64,000 bases of DNA from Candidatus Bathyarchaeota archaeon (GTDB lineage Archaea; Thermoproteota; Bathyarchaeia; Bathyarchaeales; Bathycorpusculaceae): positions 211,183 through 275,182 of the forward strand of contig CAWGZR010000004.1 in the NCBI GenBank assembly GCA_963827165.1, written 5' to 3'. Numbering within the stretch: position 1 is the first letter of the stretch; the number at the start of each line of letters is the position of its first letter. The position numbers and the translations under genes are program-made. The notes under the pieces are model-generated. The model was given only the letters and a program-made list of their open reading frames with translations, ran no database searches and had not been told where the DNA came from. Positions 51,572 through 62,482 of this stretch are shown here, piece by piece.

Positions 51572-51715
51572 ATCAAAAGTTATTAAACTAAAGTCTATCT
51601 ACCTTTTCGATTTTTTTCCAAAATTAGATATTATGCGTCCCGTTATACTTGAAACTAAGCTTTATCAAATGGGTCCAAAAAGTTGTCGTCACAAAAGTTC
51701 AAAACAACTATTTTC

Positions 51716-53461
51716 TTAACCATAATTTTCGAGTGCCACTTTCGTTCCGTCTTTTAACATCACAATTTCAGGAACGATTATTCGTTTTAAATCTATGCTA
51801 AGGAGTTCTTGCAGTAGCCACCTATGATTCTTATTCAATAGCCCAAGATTTTCTATTCGTCGCCATTTTTCTAAAATTTCTTGTTTTAATTGTTCTGTAA
51901 ACTTGTAGAAGTCATAAGGTACTTTTTGGTAGATCAACGAATGAACCATATTTAGTTCTGATGGTGCTAAGAGTTCTATGTAATTCTGATTAATGGCAAC
52001 ATCGTAGTTGTTTAACGAGTGCAAAAGATCATATGAAGTAAAGGTCCAGTCTTCACCACGTTGGTATCTTATTTTAGCCGATACAGATTGCCCTCTTAAA
52101 AGGGATAGCCCTGCTTTGTAGTCTTCTAAAAAGGTCATTAGCGAATCCAACTCTTTATTACTCGTAATTCCACAAGCACTCAATTTTCCTTTTGCACTAT
52201 CTATTTCTTTGAGGAAGGCATAGTATTTCTTCCAATTAATTGCGAAAAAAATTTGGTTGAGGAAATCAAAATGTTTCCTATAGGTGCCAAGTACTAAATT
52301 TGCTCTGAATTCTAACAGAAACCTGAGCGTTCTTTCAGATAATTTTCTTTCTAAGAAATAATCTCTGATTGTTTCAATGAATTCGAGATAGCCTATTTGC
52401 TGATCAAGATTAAAGACTCTTTTAACAAAGATGAATGCGGTACCTTCCTTCTGTCTTGATACTCGACCAAATCTTTGGATGAAGCTCTGTAAATCTGGAG
52501 CAATATCCATTATTATTACATCCAGAGGATAATTAATACCGATTTCACTTTTTGATGTAGAAATTATTACAAGCCTTGTCAGGTCCGCCTTTATTGTTCC
52601 TCTTGTTTCATCCCCAGTATCCTTTGTTATAAATTCACCATACCCTTCAGACACAAGTGAGTTATATAATTCCCGAGCAAATTTATTTGAATTACAGATA
52701 ACCAGTGTTTTTAATTTTTTTTCTATACACGATTTTATTATGATATTCACATTTGCTTTAAATTTTTCATTTGTAACGCATATTTTCGTATCGTATCTAA
52801 CAATCGCACCTTTCTCAATACCTCTTTCCTCCATAATTTTTATTTTGCAAGTAGGCGCCATATCTTGCAAAACACTGATAAACTCAAAAGAAGGTGTAGC
52901 AGACGAAAGGATGACTTTTGCTTTAGAAGAACCCAAAAATAATGCAAGCTGTAAAAGTAAATCAGAAAGTTCCAGTTCCCGGTATATGTGAAATTCATCG
53001 TAAATAATATAATGAAAGTAACTAAAAATTCTCAACAAATCTTCTTCTGGATTAACATAAACATGGTGAAGTACTGCTGAAAGAATGTCTGGATTTGTGA
53101 TTATTACATCATATCGTTGGAAAAAAGCCATCAATTCTCTTGATCTTGAATACCCGCGAATATCACCTAAGCTACTTGAGTCCAGAATAAATGAATTTAC
53201 TCCATGACATTTAAGTTGCCGTTCTTGGTCTGCCATTAGTGCAGTAGTTGGATAGACAAGAAGAACTGGAGGATTTTTCTTGCAGAGGTATTCAAAGCAT
53301 AGAGTTTTTCCCGCTCCAGTTGGAGCTGATAAGAAGATTACATCAGACTTCTCGATATTTTCGATGAAATCTCGCTGGAATTTTCTTATTTTTTGAAAAG
53401 GTAATTCATTGAAAGGATTATCAACTTCGAGCACAGAAAAACCGTTCACTTTTGTCCCCAT
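51716..53461 (-). CDS. cas3: Cas3' helicase (type I-D, no HD domain)
   Basis: APTGAGKT, YPTTAL, ITNPD, YDEFH, SSATP, QRFGRVSR. Confidence 0.9.
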   Translation of the reverse strand: MGTKVNGFSVLEVDNPFNELPFQKIRKFQRDFIENIEKSDVIFLSAPTGAGKTLCFEYLCKKNPPVLLVYPTTALMADQERQLKCHGVNSFILDSSSLGDIRGYSRSRELMAFFQRYDVIITNPDILSAVLHHVYVNPEEDLLRIFSYFHYIIYDEFHIYRELELSDLLLQLALFLGSSKAKVILSSATPSFEFISVLQDMAPTCKIKIMEERGIEKGAIVRYDTKICVTNEKFKANVNIIIKSCIEKKLKTLVICNSNKFARELYNSLVSEGYGEFITKDTGDETRGTIKADLTRLVIISTSKSEIGINYPLDVIIMDIAPDLQSFIQRFGRVSRQKEGTAFIFVKRVFNLDQQIGYLEFIETIRDYFLERKLSERTLRFLLEFRANLVLGTYRKHFDFLNQIFFAINWKKYYAFLKEIDSAKGKLSACGITSNKELDSLMTFLEDYKAGLSLLRGQSVSAKIRYQRGEDWTFTSYDLLHSLNNYDVAINQNYIELLAPSELNMVHSLIYQKVPYDFYKFTEQLKQEILEKWRRIENLGLLNKNHRWLLQELLSIDLKRIIVPEIVMLKDGTKVALENYG

Positions 53462-54141
53462 TTTTTCACTACCAAGGGAAGGATCTCTTTTTCGAAGTAT
53501 TTTAAAGGCACACCATGTATGAAAAAGAGACGATAATCGCCCGATCTCTTTATTGTGGTACCATGTACGAGTAGTTTTTCTCGTGGTATCTTGTAAATCG
53601 TGTCCAACATAAAGTAATTCAGGGTTACATATTCTGGTGGCTTAGTTTTCCTTAATCTGCCCTCGCCATTTTTTCTTATTCCTATATTTACGAGTATTTC
53701 ATCGTCCAGTTTTTCTTCAGAAACAAGCACGCATTGAAACTTGGAACCTATTTCTATACCAACATATTGCCGCACTTGTTTGAAAAATGGGGATTTTGAT
53801 GCAGTCATCAATATTGATGGATACGGGTTCTTTTGAGCGTTTATTTGAATATTTTCTTCTGCCCACAACATGGCACTCCTAAACTCTATCGAGGTATATC
53901 GTAGATTAGTTGCAATAGCATCTGTGGCGAAAATAGGCACTTCCGATAATTCTTGATATTTTGGTGTAGTTGTATCAGCCCCATAGAGAAAGTACTCTTT
54001 GTCTCGTAATCTAAGAGCGTCAGCCAATGCATAAGTCAATGCAGTAGAAGAAATTATTCCCTCTGCACTAATGGTGTTTCCTTCAAATGAAGAAAAGAAA
54101 ACTGGAGAAAAGATTTCTAATTCATATCCTTGAAATAACAT
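53446..54141 (-). CDS. cas5: Cas5d/Csc1
   Basis: PVFFSSFEG..ISSTALTYAL, IGIRKNG; located between cas7 and cas3. Confidence 0.75.
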   Translation of the reverse strand: MLFQGYELEIFSPVFFSSFEGNTISAEGIISSTALTYALADALRLRDKEYFLYGADTTTPKYQELSEVPIFATDAIATNLRYTSIEFRSAMLWAEENIQINAQKNPYPSILMTASKSPFFKQVRQYVGIEIGSKFQCVLVSEEKLDDEILVNIGIRKNGEGRLRKTKPPEYVTLNYFMLDTIYKIPREKLLVHGTTIKRSGDYRLFFIHGVPLKYFEKEILPLVVKKWGQK

Positions 54142-54150
54142 TAATCTCGC

Positions 54151-55251
54151 CTAAGAACCGCCTGGTCGGTTTTGCTCTATAGGCGGAACATAGGCGCTTT
54201 TGCCTTGTTTGGTTAACTCAACCAAACATTCCTTTAGGACTTTCTTGTCATTCTCATTTGTCAAAAGGGCCACATCAATTACAGGTGACATAAGGTTTTT
54301 GAATTCATCCTCTTTTTCGTCCCACATAATTTTCCAAAAAATATTCTTATGGTTATTAACATAAATTTTTACTGCGTTGAGTACTTCCTCACCTGTATAT
54401 TCACTCTGGATTTTAGAGCTAAAATGTTCCTTTATCAATTCACCGCTTGATAAACCAATAGCTGTTTTTGAAAATATTATGCCCAGGACCCTATTTCGAA
54501 TAAGGCCCTTCCTAGTGCTTCTGGCAAAATAGGTCGTAGTATTCAAGATGTTATGAAGAACGTAAAGAAGCATCTCCTTGGTTGGAGCGTCTATTCTCAC
54601 AAAGTGAATCATTTTTGCGGGAGGTTCAATATTTACATGCGTGTACAACCCACGCCCTCTTTCTTCTTCATTCGCATTTTCCGCGCCTACTTTCATCATT
54701 GTTCCAGTTTCATACATTGCATTATGCTGTTCCTTGTTAAGCAAATTGTATGGCTCTAGCGTGTACGTGTACCCTTCAATAACACGAGACTTTATAGCGA
54801 ACGTCTCGTCCTCGGTACCTACTGCGCCATAGGTTACAGTGTCTGGATTAATGGCCGCTTGAAGACCCCCAAAAATTTCATTATAACTATAACTGGATGA
54901 TATTATGTCCCAGTTGTTGTTATTGTCTTGCTTTTGATTCAGTATCCTGCACATTCTCAGCCCAGTTAGTCTTTCGGCAGAAACGAATTTTTCCCCATTT
55001 ATTCTTGCTCTAATAATTTCATTCCAACTATCTTTTCCTTCATTATCTTTGGTGTTGATCCTTGTAACAAATAGTTCAGCTCTTTCTGGGTCAGAGCTTC
55101 TAGCTAAGACCGGATCAACGACTTCTCTTAAAACGATTAAGCACAGCTCGGGCCTTAGCTTTCTGCTCCTGTCAATTTTAGCTGCAAAGTACTCACTTGG
55201 CAATTTTTTCTCAAGTTCTTTCCACGAATCTAATGTTTTTACTTCAACCAT
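54151..55251 (-). CDS. cas7: Cas7d/Csc2
   Basis: LIVLREV, KFVSAERLTG, NPDTVTYGA, KSRV, HNA, ARSTRKG. Confidence 0.85.
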   Translation of the reverse strand: MVEVKTLDSWKELEKKLPSEYFAAKIDRSRKLRPELCLIVLREVVDPVLARSSDPERAELFVTRINTKDNEGKDSWNEIIRARINGEKFVSAERLTGLRMCRILNQKQDNNNNWDIISSSYSYNEIFGGLQAAINPDTVTYGAVGTEDETFAIKSRVIEGYTYTLEPYNLLNKEQHNAMYETGTMMKVGAENANEEERGRGLYTHVNIEPPAKMIHFVRIDAPTKEMLLYVLHNILNTTTYFARSTRKGLIRNRVLGIIFSKTAIGLSSGELIKEHFSSKIQSEYTGEEVLNAVKIYVNNHKNIFWKIMWDEKEDEFKNLMSPVIDVALLTNENDKKVLKECLVELTKQGKSAYVPPIEQNRPGGS

Positions 55252-55258
55252 GTTTGAT

Positions 55259-57751
55259 TCACCTTAGAGAAATTATTTCAAACTCATAAGCATCTACGAG
55301 ATACTTTTCAACTGAACTCAATTCATGAACAGAGAGCCATTTCTTTTCTTTTAGATATTGTATCAAGCTGTCAACAAAATCGACGACGTAGTTTTCTGCC
55401 TCTCTTTTCTTTGCAAACTTTTCTCTCATTGCCAACTTGTATATTTGGGCAGAAACAAAGGTTTTCAACTCTTCTTCTGAAAATTGCTGCTGCAATCCAA
55501 TTAATAATGCGTCTAACGCCGTTCTCATAAGCACTGTTCTTTTGTATGAAGAGCCCCAGACATTGCCATAAAAATCCTTCCCCTTTTTAGCAAGGTCTTT
55601 TATTTTCATACTTTCTTCCCAGAAGCAGTTGTTTACTGCATTTAAATATTTTTCTTTTGCGACTCTTTTCAAATCGTATGTTTTCAGTTTAAGATAATGA
55701 ATCAAAGAAAAAAAATCGTACCGCCCTACTTGATAATAGCCCTTTTTCCTGTCTAAAGTGTAAACTACGTCCAAGAACTCGTCTATTTTACTGAGAGTAT
55801 CAAAATCTCGGACTACCGCTATATTCAATGACATTTCGAGCCTGGTGGGGTTTTCGTTAACAAACAGTTCATTATACATTCGTAAAAGAGTATAAGGCGA
55901 TGTAAGTGTTGCTTTGCAGCCGTATCCACTTATAAAACTCAATATTTGTTTTGTTACGTTTACTCTGCTGCTCTGTTTTGCCGATTCTTCTTTGCCACTA
56001 TAGCGATAAGGAATTATGAAGTGCATTCCGTTGAAATCACCTAGCCTAAAATAATGTTCTGCGTATTCGATCGGCGATGCAGGCTCTAATGGTACATTAC
56101 TGAGTTCTTTTGAAAAATAAGAAATGTTGGCGAAAATTCTGTCAAAGTAGAATATTGCGAATAAGTAATCGCCTACAAAATTGTAACCTTTCTCCGCAAT
56201 AGTGCTTTCTATCAAACTTCGTTCAATCAAACATAAAGAGCAAATTTTCTTCTGCATTTCAAATATTGCCCCTCTTTTTGAAAATCCTCTGGCTTGGAGA
56301 AAGTAGTTCCTTCCAGCTTGATACTTGACATTTGCTTTTGACCCGCACAAGAAACACATATCATGTTTACCCAGGGGATTTTCACTTGTTTCAAGTGTAT
56401 GTTGAAAGTCTACAGAAATAGTCTTAATTATCTTATCAAACAAGCTTGTGTTATTTTGGTTCTCAAATTGCAAATCCAAAAATTCATCGCAGAAATTATA
56501 AATTTCATCAATACCATAGCCCTCGTAGTTTTCCATTATTTCTTTTGCAATATAAATTTTGTATTTTTGAGATCCGATGGTATCATCGTTTTTAAACAAT
56601 TTAATTTTCTCTTTAATTGAATCGGGAAGCGGTGTCAAATCACTGCATTTGTATAAATAATATATTATCGTTGTAATTTTTCGCTGAATTTCTTTGTTTG
56701 GAGGTAAACTGATGACAACGCCTTTCATTGCTTTTGGAATTTTTCTTATTATCGCATCAACGAGGATTTTCTTTTTGTCTCCTTTTGGAAGTGGGAAGTG
56801 AATTATAGAACTATCATCTATCGATTGGAAATCAATTCGTATATCCAGCAAAGGTATGGGCGGCTCATTCTCTCGATTTCCGTTGTTCTTGTTTTCGGAT
56901 CTAATAGATTCTGCAAATGGCAAATTCGCATTCTCACTTTCTTCGTCATTTTCTACCAATCTCATTGAATCCTTGATTTCTGCAAGAAGATATTCTCTAA
57001 TTTTATCAAGTTCAGGTATTATGATCTCGTTGCTGACGTAAAAAAGGCCATCTTCAAACAATAAAAACGGGATTGTTTCTCTTTCATCATAGTATTTTTT
57101 CACCGCTTTAAGCAATTTTTGTCTAATGAAAAACTGGGGAAATTTCGGAATATACACTACATGAACATTATGATATTTGAGAGTATCAAATATCTTTGAA
57201 ACATATGATTCTTCTCTTGTCAGACTTGCAACTTTATCGCCTAGACGCGAGTAATCAGCCAATTTTCCAAATTCAGTTTTATGTCCAAACGTTTCCATTC
57301 TATTTTCATCATTAAGTTCAGTGTTTTGAACCAGCCAAACTATCTCATTTAGTGTCTCCTCGTTTCCAATCATCTCATTTATCTCTGGAAAAAAGTTCTT
57401 TATGTTGAAATCATCAGACTCAAAATACGTTTGGATATTCTCTTTAGAGTTGCCCCCTTCTTTACTATATTTGCCAAGAAGGTATTTTCCAATATCATGA
57501 AGTGTAATAATGGATATAAGAAGTTTCAAATCGCGGGAGTAATCTTTAGTTATCGAATTTGCGTGTTCATATGCATATAAAGCTGCCCCAGTGAAAACTG
57601 CATTGATTATATGAGTAGGGTAACTCACAACGTTCTCGATTTTGGCTGACACACCTGCAGACTTTTTAAATAAATTTGGAACAACCTTATCACAATAATC
57701 GTATAAGATTATTTTCAGTTCCGAACTATTTGTCACAATATCCCTCACCAA
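55259..57751 (-). CDS. cas10d: Cas10d/Csc3 with an N-terminal HD nuclease domain
   Basis: THIINA..TLHDIGK (HD) and zinc-finger pairs CFLC..CSLC; first gene of the effector operon. Confidence 0.85.
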   Translation of the reverse strand: MVRDIVTNSSELKIILYDYCDKVVPNLFKKSAGVSAKIENVVSYPTHIINAVFTGAALYAYEHANSITKDYSRDLKLLISIITLHDIGKYLLGKYSKEGGNSKENIQTYFESDDFNIKNFFPEINEMIGNEETLNEIVWLVQNTELNDENRMETFGHKTEFGKLADYSRLGDKVASLTREESYVSKIFDTLKYHNVHVVYIPKFPQFFIRQKLLKAVKKYYDERETIPFLLFEDGLFYVSNEIIIPELDKIREYLLAEIKDSMRLVENDEESENANLPFAESIRSENKNNGNRENEPPIPLLDIRIDFQSIDDSSIIHFPLPKGDKKKILVDAIIRKIPKAMKGVVISLPPNKEIQRKITTIIYYLYKCSDLTPLPDSIKEKIKLFKNDDTIGSQKYKIYIAKEIMENYEGYGIDEIYNFCDEFLDLQFENQNNTSLFDKIIKTISVDFQHTLETSENPLGKHDMCFLCGSKANVKYQAGRNYFLQARGFSKRGAIFEMQKKICSLCLIERSLIESTIAEKGYNFVGDYLFAIFYFDRIFANISYFSKELSNVPLEPASPIEYAEHYFRLGDFNGMHFIIPYRYSGKEESAKQSSRVNVTKQILSFISGYGCKATLTSPYTLLRMYNELFVNENPTRLEMSLNIAVVRDFDTLSKIDEFLDVVYTLDRKKGYYQVGRYDFFSLIHYLKLKTYDLKRVAKEKYLNAVNNCFWEESMKIKDLAKKGKDFYGNVWGSSYKRTVLMRTALDALLIGLQQQFSEEELKTFVSAQIYKLAMREKFAKKREAENYVVDFVDSLIQYLKEKKWLSVHELSSVEKYLVDAYEFEIISLR

Positions 57752-57905
57752 AGTTAATTTCGCAGCCCTGATAGCACCCAGTTACATCAATTCTCTAATA
57801 ATTAATATAATTAACTGGTTTCTATAAACATGTTATCGTTATCAGGACGTTTTTTGGTTTCTTCTCTTTGGATTTTTCCTGTTTGTACCTTTTGGAAAAA
57901 AGAAA

Positions 57906-58568
57906 CTATTGGCATATTTGTTTGTGTCCGCATCCGCCTGTGCATTTGTATTTTGCCACTCGGATAGGCAGCAATTCTTCATCTTGAATAATCCGTCTGA
58001 TGTGCCCTAAAACACGTTTAACGAAAATCTTCATGGTGGGCGTAATCTCAAACTGTAAAATCAGCCCTTCCAAAATGTAATCCACAAAAGCCCGTTTAAC
58101 AATAATATTAAAGTTATCTTCAATAAGCAGAGCGTAGCCAACCAGCTGATATTTATGTTGCATGCATACTCTGCCCTTGTCAGAATTCATGTTCTTGTAC
58201 TCAACTGGAATGTATTCGTTGCTGGCAGTTTTAATTATACAATCCACGTTCCCCTGCAAACCATATGTGCTCGAACAAAGTGAGGTGAACATGATTTTTT
58301 CTGCTCCAACAAACTCAGGCGAATAATAGATGGCGTCCTTTCTTCTCAACTCTTTCCCCACATAATCCTCATGCAGCTCCTTGCTATCTCCCTGCTGCGA
58401 ACCAAAAATCGGCTTTGCACGCAAAACCCTATCAAAATAAACTATGCGCGGACAGTAAATATACTGCTTGATATCCGTAACTGAAATAAAATCTTCTGCG
58501 ACATCAGAAACAAGCGGTCTCTGCTGGCTTTTTAACCATCGATCCTTTTTCGATTCTTTAAGCTTCAT
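57906..58568 (-). CDS. cas4: Cas4 exonuclease
   Basis: DIKQYIYCPR, GNVDC..PVEYK, QLVGYALL, CTGGCGHKQIC. Confidence 0.95.
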   Translation of the reverse strand: MKLKESKKDRWLKSQQRPLVSDVAEDFISVTDIKQYIYCPRIVYFDRVLRAKPIFGSQQGDSKELHEDYVGKELRRKDAIYYSPEFVGAEKIMFTSLCSSTYGLQGNVDCIIKTASNEYIPVEYKNMNSDKGRVCMQHKYQLVGYALLIEDNFNIIVKRAFVDYILEGLILQFEITPTMKIFVKRVLGHIRRIIQDEELLPIRVAKYKCTGGCGHKQICQ

Positions 58569-58584
58569 GGCATGACCTCAGACA

Positions 58585-58875
58585 TTAGAAATATGCGATT
58601 TTGTCGTTCCCTTCCTTATACTCATACTTCTTGGGCTTACCCACTTCCTTCTTCCCCTTCAAGCAACTATCACACATAGGGAAAAGCTGCACGTTCTCAA
58701 CCAAATCTTTAATCAAATTCTTCAAATCCACAAGCAAACTATTCAATTCATCTCGCCGAAGGTCGCCCATGAAGCCGCTGTACTGAATTCGCTGTAGCCC
58801 ATAATCCTTAAGCGTCTCAGCAACCAGCGTTCGCAGATTATCGTCGGAAACATCATAAATCACAACATAACGCAT
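58585..58875 (-). CDS. cas2: Cas2
   Basis: MRYVVIYDVSDDNLR..LKDYGLQRIQYSGF. Confidence 0.96.
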   Translation of the reverse strand: MRYVVIYDVSDDNLRTLVAETLKDYGLQRIQYSGFMGDLRRDELNSLLVDLKNLIKDLVENVQLFPMCDSCLKGKKEVGKPKKYEYKEGNDKIAYF

Positions 58876-58881
58876 TTTGGC

Positions 58882-59939
58882 TCACCAGCCCAAACAGAAT
58901 GGAACATACTCGGCTTCTTTTAACAAGAAACGGACCATGCAACGCGGTTGCAAATGGATGAAACTCTTCAGAGATCCCTTCTGACCGTTAAACATGACTT
59001 CGCTGTCTAAGCGCTCTTGAAGGCTATCTAACAAAACTTTAATGACCTCTTTGCGTAAAACCCGCCCTTCCTCAACCGATTCGCCGGCAATAATTTCATC
59101 TGGCTTAATGACGTTCTTTGTAAACAAACCAATCAACGTTCTATCTACAAGCTGTTGGCGAAACTCCTCCATCATATCCAAAACAAGCGAAGGCTTCCCA
59201 GACCGGTCAGCATGCAAATAACCCGCATAAAAATCCAGTCCAGCATAGCTCACCGCCTTCCAAACCTCCGTAAACAGAACCGCTTGATAACCAAAATTCA
59301 GCATCGCATTGAAAGGATCACTTGCGCCACGTGTCACTCTTCCAGTGAAGCTCAATTCAGGCGGCAAAATCTGCCGAACACAATCCCAATAGTACCTTGC
59401 TGCTTCTGCTTCCAAATTCATAATTTGCTGCCGCTTCTCGTCAATGTTACTGCCTTGTTCTTTGCTAATTCGGTCGTTTGCATCGTCAATAAGCTTAGCA
59501 GAATCATACAGCTTCTCTGCCAAATTAGAGTCGGTTTGGCGTCTATTCTTGGCCATAAGCTTCAAAAAATTCGCCTGGTTAACCAGCTTTCCAGCAATAA
59601 ACTTCTTCGCAAGAACCACGCTTCGCTCATCATTATAAGCGATGAACTGTTCTCTCTAGCCCTGACGGAGCCTGTCAAAGTTGCAGGCATCAACACAGCG
59701 TAAGGCCAGCCGCGATATTTAGCGAAGATTACCTGAATGTTCTTCTCGGTAGCCAGTTCCAATGCGCTCGCTGAAAAAGCAACACCTGAACAGCAGCAAA
59801 TTATGGAATCAACATCATCTGCCACTATCTCTTTGACTTCCCCATTCTTCTTGACGCTAAAGCGATTTCTCTTCCTTCCCACGAAAATGCCGAAATCATC
59901 CAAAAACACATTCATGGCAGCATCAACCGCTCTAGCCAT
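58882..59939 (-). CDS. cas1: Cas1 (frameshift near 59650)
   Basis: The N-terminal fragment (FGIFVGRKRNRF..) and C-terminal fragment (EAEAARYYW, DPFNAMLNFGY, AGLDFYAGYLH, SLVLDMMEEFR) are in different frames. Confidence 0.93.
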
Positions 59940-60836
59940 AGCAGACGTTGTAGTATTGGCAGTACTCTTTGCACTGGGAACTCTCAGGCTTGCCAGGGTC
60001 TTTCCTCTCAGCTACAATTTCCAGTTTCTTGTCTCGTTCCTCTATCCACCACTGTCTCAATTCATCATTGGCAAAAAAAGGTCCTTCTGAACACTGATCT
60101 TACCGTTCTCAACGTTCAAGTAAACAGTACAACAAATATCCACAGGCACTTCATGGATGCTCTCAAAAACAAGCGCATAACCAACAGAGTAAAGTCTATG
60201 CCAATCTTCTTTTAAACCGGTAACTTTTAGGTCAAACATGATGGTTCTAAGATAATCAAAACAATCCACACTAAGAATGTCGCTTAAGCCAAGCAGTTCA
60301 CCAGAGAGTTTGTGCTCAACCAAAAAAGGAACTGTTGTGCCTAGCAAATCCATCTCTGACGCATACGGCTGGCTGCAAGAAAGTTCTGCCAACTGGGCAT
60401 CACACATTTTATGCATGAAATCCCAAACCTGCCTGCACTTATCAATAACGTTCTCAGGCTTTTCGCCAATTTCCTGCCACCTAACCTTCTGCCACCATGC
60501 ATCAAAAGTTAGGTTTTGCCTTTGCCGAAAACTCTGCAAGCAATCGCTAATAATGCCATGAAATAATTTGCCCAAAGCCATCCGCGAGCTCGGAGCCGCA
60601 TACTTCTTTTCAATATTCCGCAGATACACATCCCGGTTACTCGGGCAATATTTGGAGCTAACTTGATACATTGGTAACTTGACGTTGTCAAAATACGGTT
60701 TTAAGGGCGGTTGATGCCAATTCCAACCTCTAAGCTCTTTACTTACACCAACTTCTCTCGCGGTCGGCAAAAGCTGGTAGAGGAGTCGCTTCTGCTCCAT
60801 GTCCGATAGAAAATACAACCTCTGGTCAACCATCAA
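59932..60836 (-). CDS. csa1: Cas4-like Csa1 (type I-A associated), frameshifted near 60075
   Basis: VSKELRGWNWHQPPL, KYCPSNRDVYLR, EHKLSGELLGLS, DLK, GYALVFES; the shifted frame continues DELRQWWIEERD..DPG..CKEYCQYYNVC. Confidence 0.88.
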
Positions 60837-60955
60837 AACGACGTTATCCGATTATATTTATAAACTCAATGACGTTTCAATAATAATCGAGCCTACATAT
60901 TTAGAATCACATTCGAAATAGGCTCCATTCAACAAATAAAGCCAAAATCGGCTCG
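60837..60955 (+). promoter_or_regulatory. CRISPR leader / divergent promoter region
   Basis: AT-rich 119 nt with TTATATTTATAAA between the csa1 start and the first repeat. Confidence 0.65.
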
Positions 60956-62460
60956 GGTGCATGGAAAAATCCCAAGTAACGGGAATTGAAAGATAATATC
61001 ACATGCTTCATAAGATTTTCTAACATGGGTGCATGGAAAAATCCCAAGTAACGGGAATTGAAAGGCCTTGAAATCAATGCTGCAGGATCACGGTAAGTAT
61101 AATGGTGCATGGAAAAATCCCAAGAAACGGGAATTGAAAGAGCATAGCTGCAAAATCAGTAACTGCAAAGATTAGTGGTGCATGGAAAAATCCCAAGTAA
61201 CGGGAATTGAAAGACAACTCTGTTATCAATAGATTACGACAAATAGGTGCATGGAAAAATCCCAAGAAACGGGAATTGAAAGCTACAAGCACAGTAACCA
61301 CTGGCATGACTATAAGGTGCATGGAAAAATCCCAAGTAACGGGAATTGAAAGATGACTACTTGACTACTATTCTCAGATGACTATGCAGGTGCATGGAAA
61401 AATCCCAAGTAACGGGAATTGAAAGACATAAGATTCGTCAGATGCATATAGTAAAGGGAGGTGCATGGAAAAATCCCAAGTAACGGGAATTGAAAGATAT
61501 AGTGCTGCGGACATACTTTAGATGCTAATTCACAGGGTGCATGGAAAAATCCCAAGAACGGGAATTGAAAGTTATATCCGCTGCAATGTACTTCGATGCT
61601 AAACCGATAGGTGCATGGAAAAATCCCAAGAACGGGAATTGAAAGTAGATGCGATTCCAGCATGCATCAGCCAACTCATCCGGTGCATGGAAAAATCCCA
61701 AGTAACGGGAATTGAAAGTAATTGTCATAATGTAGATCAGCCGCTGAAGTTAATGTTGAAGGTGCATGGAAAAATCCCAAGAACGGGAATTGAAAGATTA
61801 ACCTGCGACGGAATCTGCAATTAATGTTAATAGAGGGTGCATGGAAAAATCCCAAGGAACGGGAATTGAAAGCTGTAGAAGCACAAATCTAAGATGCTAT
61901 AGATAGGTGCATGGAAAAATCCCAAGTAACGGGAATTGAAAGGACTAACTACATCTTGATCGGTCTGAGGCATACGCTGGTGCATGGAAAAATCCCAAGT
62001 AACGGGAATTGAAAGTAATTAACTATGTTGTAGCTCCCATTACTCCTAAGGTGGTGCATGGAAAAATCCCAAGTAACGGGAATTGAAAGTGTATTCAGGT
62101 TGTAATACTGAAGTCTGAATAGCTAGGTGCATGGAAAAATCCCAAGGAACGGGAATTGAAAGAAGTGCGAATATCAAGGCTTCGAGTCATTAACTTACCG
62201 GTGCATGGAAAAATCCCAAGGAACGGGAATTGAAAGGCATGCTGTTGACGTTTCAGTTTTCCCACATGATGTCGGTGCATGGAAAAATCCCAAGGAACGG
62301 GAATTGAAAGAGTCAGTCAAGTATAGCGGCTCGATTACCTATGTGGGTGCATGGAAAAATCCCAAGTAACGGGAATTGAAAGTCAGCACCTGTAGAGGTA
62401 TTACACAGAACAAGTAGTCTTGGGGTGCATGGAAAAATCCCAAGTAACGGGAATTGAAAG
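60956..62460 (+). CRISPR. CRISPR array, 21 repeats and 20 spacers
   Basis: The 37-nt repeat GGTGCATGGAAAAATCCCAAGTAACGGGAATTGAAAG is separated by unique 32-42 nt spacers; the 3' ATTGAAAG implies + strand transcription. Confidence 0.99.
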
Positions 62461-62482
62461 TGCTCTATGTAATGTGGCTTCT

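Noticed and set aside
59155-59703. Long antisense ORFs (also 17922-18527, 37349-37816, 42041-42532, 48322-48783)
   Set aside because: They are shadows of well-supported genes on the opposite strand.
60907-62280. ORFs with repeated FNSRYLGFFHAP / FQFPFLGIFPC motifs
   Set aside because: They are translations of the CRISPR repeats.
60993-62423. Self-targeting spacers
   Set aside because: I noticed no match to the rest of the window by eye. A blastn-short search would be needed to exclude it.
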